The translations under genes and the position numbers were made by a program. From Limisphaerales bacterium (GTDB taxonomy: Bacteria; Verrucomicrobiota; Verrucomicrobiia; Limisphaerales; JAJOIW01): DNA of 64,000 bases. The DNA is taken from the NCBI GenBank assembly GCA_965657355.1, contig CBFHOE010000002.1:320001-384000 (forward strand), written 5' to 3'. Every line of letters starts with the position of its first letter. Position 1 is the first letter of the stretch. The notes below the pieces were generated by a model, which was given only the letters and a program-made list of their open reading frames with translations, was not told where the DNA came from and did not search any database. Below, one piece after another: positions 62,042-64,000 of this stretch.

Positions 62042-64000
62042 TTGAATGGTGTGTCAGTAGGTTTACGATAAAGGAAAGAGTCAGAAGATAAAAGAGAAAC
62101 AACGACAGCTTTGAAGCTGCCGCCACTGTCGAGGTAAGCCCTGTCAGCGTCGATCAATGTTTGCGAATCAGATAGCATTTCATTTCTTCCCATGAAAAAT
62201 CTAAAAGCATGGCGAATAATTGATTGCCGGACACGATCGGATTTTGCCAATCGGTCAATTAGGTCGAGTGCGTCTCGGACATCGCCATCGAGGTTTGAGT
62301 CTCCCGTGCTATCCAGTCGGCCTTTTGGGTTAATAGGTTTTGTCTTGTAGGTATTTGCTCCATTTTTCTTCGTGGGTTTGGCGATAATGTTTTCCTGATG
62401 TTCGAGCGGCTCATTACGAGTATACCGACCGAAATCGTCATAAATTTCAAAAGGATATCCAAGTGGATTCATTTTCTTATGGCATTTCCAACACTCGCCT
62501 TTTTCGGTGGCTCCTTCAATTCGCTCCCTCAAAGTTTTGTGGTGATCCTCAGGAATTTGGGCATCAACTGTGATAGGTATGTCTGGCACTCTGCCTGCCA
62601 ATAACTTCTCACGAATCCACCGGCCACGCTTAATCGGGTCGGTATGAAAATTAGATGAGTGGGCCACTAACCAGGCAGGGTGTGTGAGAAGTCCTTTTCT
62701 ATTTGGAATTTTAAATGGCTGTTCAACCGGGTAATCCCAGAATTCTTTATCATCCAGGCCCTTGAAATTCTTATTCTCAACACCACCGTATCTAAAAATA
62801 CCGGGAGTTGGGGGCAAGTTATAAAAGGGTGAATGATTATATGTGTAACCGTGTGCAAACGAGACGGTAGTAAATGGAGTCCTCCCCTTGCCTATAGTCT
62901 CACCCCAAAAATACATGTGCCTAAGAAATTCTCTTCGCTGTTTATGGTGCCGCATGAAAGCCAGAGATTTTTTAGTTTTAAGAAAATCTTGGTGCTCTTG
63001 CATAACACCTTCAGGATCTTCTTTCCAATTTGTATCCTTCAAGATTTTGTAGGCTTCAGTCCATTCTTCTATAATCCTACGTCCAGTCTCATTATCTTTG
63101 TCGTGGTATACAAAAAAGTTTTCAGTGGTCAAAAGATTTTTGAAAACGTCAACATCCAGTTTGAGATACCAATCGACAACTCGGTCTGCTTCTTTAATCA
63201 GGAACCCGGGGGTTCCCAATGTTCCACGCGAAGGATTTTGGTAATAACCATCACTTCTTTCAATATCCTTGAAAACTTTCGATGCCATCGAATAACCAAA
63301 AAACTCACGGAAGAACCTTATGAGCTTAGGATGAGTTGTTTCGTGAGACCTCATATTTTTCCCGCTAATACCAGGATCGACAGGGCCCGCGTAGTATTCG
63401 TTGTCTGCAAGAAGTCTTTTGACCTCTCGAGTAAAATCTTCTTTTGTCGACAAACGCCCTTCTTTAGCTGCTTTCTCCAAAGCAGGGTCTGGGCCGCGAT
63501 CTCCGAGAGCGTATGAAATGGCCTGGGCTGCTTCATTTGATGAGAGTTTTTTTCTGCCATACTCATCGGTTTCTCCGGCACCAAATTCAAGTCTGTATAG
63601 AAATTCTGACTCAAGTAAAACAGAGACAAGCATCTGCCTTAAACCCTCTGAATGACCAGCTAAGTCAATTGAAAAACGAGTCAGTTTTAAATACTTCTTT
63701 AATTCTTCTTTCTGAGCTGGCCTTCCGAGCACGAGTTCAAATTGGGCGTGTATTGCTGATATAATCTCATCATCGCTTGGGGCTGAATCTTTGAGAATTA
63801 TGGTTTCAAATGAAGAGTGGGTTTGTTTGGGCGCCCAACGATCTTTCGGATTTGGAAATTCATTTGCTTTCAACTCACCTTTCTTTACTTGAGCTGCCCT
63901 GATTTGTTTTTTAGAAATCCATTCTGCATTTGTCAACATGACAAGTAAGTGACCGCCATTAAGTGTATTGATATCGTAATCTCTGACACCAGAGCGGTCG
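62038..64000 (-). CDS. DUF1592/DUF1588/DUF1585 (PSD/PSCyt) domain protein, 5' end outside the window
   Basis: EFLYRLE, RKGLLTHPAWL, TDPIKRGRWIREKLL, CWKCH..MNPLG.PFE.YD..GR; frame stays open from 63939 to the window end (DRSGVRDYDINTLNGGHLLV). Confidence 0.88.
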   Translation of the reverse strand, partial: DRSGVRDYDINTLNGGHLLVMLTNAEWISKKQIRAAQVKKGELKANEFPNPKDRWAPKQTHSSFETIILKDSAPSDDEIISAIHAQFELVLGRPAQKEELKKYLKLTRFSIDLAGHSEGLRQMLVSVLLESEFLYRLEFGAGETDEYGRKKLSSNEAAQAISYALGDRGPDPALEKAAKEGRLSTKEDFTREVKRLLADNEYYAGPVDPGISGKNMRSHETTHPKLIRFFREFFGYSMASKVFKDIERSDGYYQNPSRGTLGTPGFLIKEADRVVDWYLKLDVDVFKNLLTTENFFVYHDKDNETGRRIIEEWTEAYKILKDTNWKEDPEGVMQEHQDFLKTKKSLAFMRHHKQRREFLRHMYFWGETIGKGRTPFTTVSFAHGYTYNHSPFYNLPPTPGIFRYGGVENKNFKGLDDKEFWDYPVEQPFKIPNRKGLLTHPAWLVAHSSNFHTDPIKRGRWIREKLLAGRVPDIPITVDAQIPEDHHKTLRERIEGATEKGECWKCHKKMNPLGYPFEIYDDFGRYTRNEPLEHQENIIAKPTKKNGANTYKTKPINPKGRLDSTGDSNLDGDVRDALDLIDRLAKSDRVRQSIIRHAFRFFMGRNEMLSDSQTLIDADRAYLDSGGSFKAVVVSLLSSDSFLYRKPTDTPFK

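Noticed and set aside
62833..63516. 227-aa plus-strand ORF
   Set aside because: Antisense to the DUF1588-type gene with Phe/Ile-rich shadow composition
1..64000. CRISPR array, IS/transposase, integrase or prophage
   Set aside because: No regularly spaced repeats, recombinase motifs, phage genes or duplicated tRNA 3' ends seen by eye

Overview
Mostly housekeeping DNA from a low-GC member of the PVC superphylum, most likely a Verrucomicrobiota (Pedosphaerales/Limisphaerales-like) bacterium. This is inferred from the PVC small basic protein, a PVC-type EF-Tu switch I, DUF1501/PSD-cytochrome and DUF1552/DUF1588 modules, and three prepilin-like genes. The window opens in the tRNA-Thr/tuf/tRNA-Trp/tRNA-Ser/secE/nusG/rplK cluster. 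It continues with repair and nucleic-acid genes (rnhC, mutY, mutM, yraN, rnhB, an Mre11/Rad50-like pair), metabolic genes (araB plus ketose 3-epimerase, cimA, valS, suhB, ispF, metF, phoA, KamA radical SAM, a long UxaA-like dehydratase), orphan signalling genes and several secreted proteins. I saw no CRISPR array, IS, integrase or prophage. The best leads are: a standalone membrane KAP NTPase with an unnamed Ala-rich N-terminal domain, a YhaO/YhaN-like pair with an altered H-loop and a long C-terminal extension, an internally duplicated UxaA with complementary motif loss, and an unannotated 50-aa PVC signature gene. All family calls come from reading motifs by eye; no database search was run.
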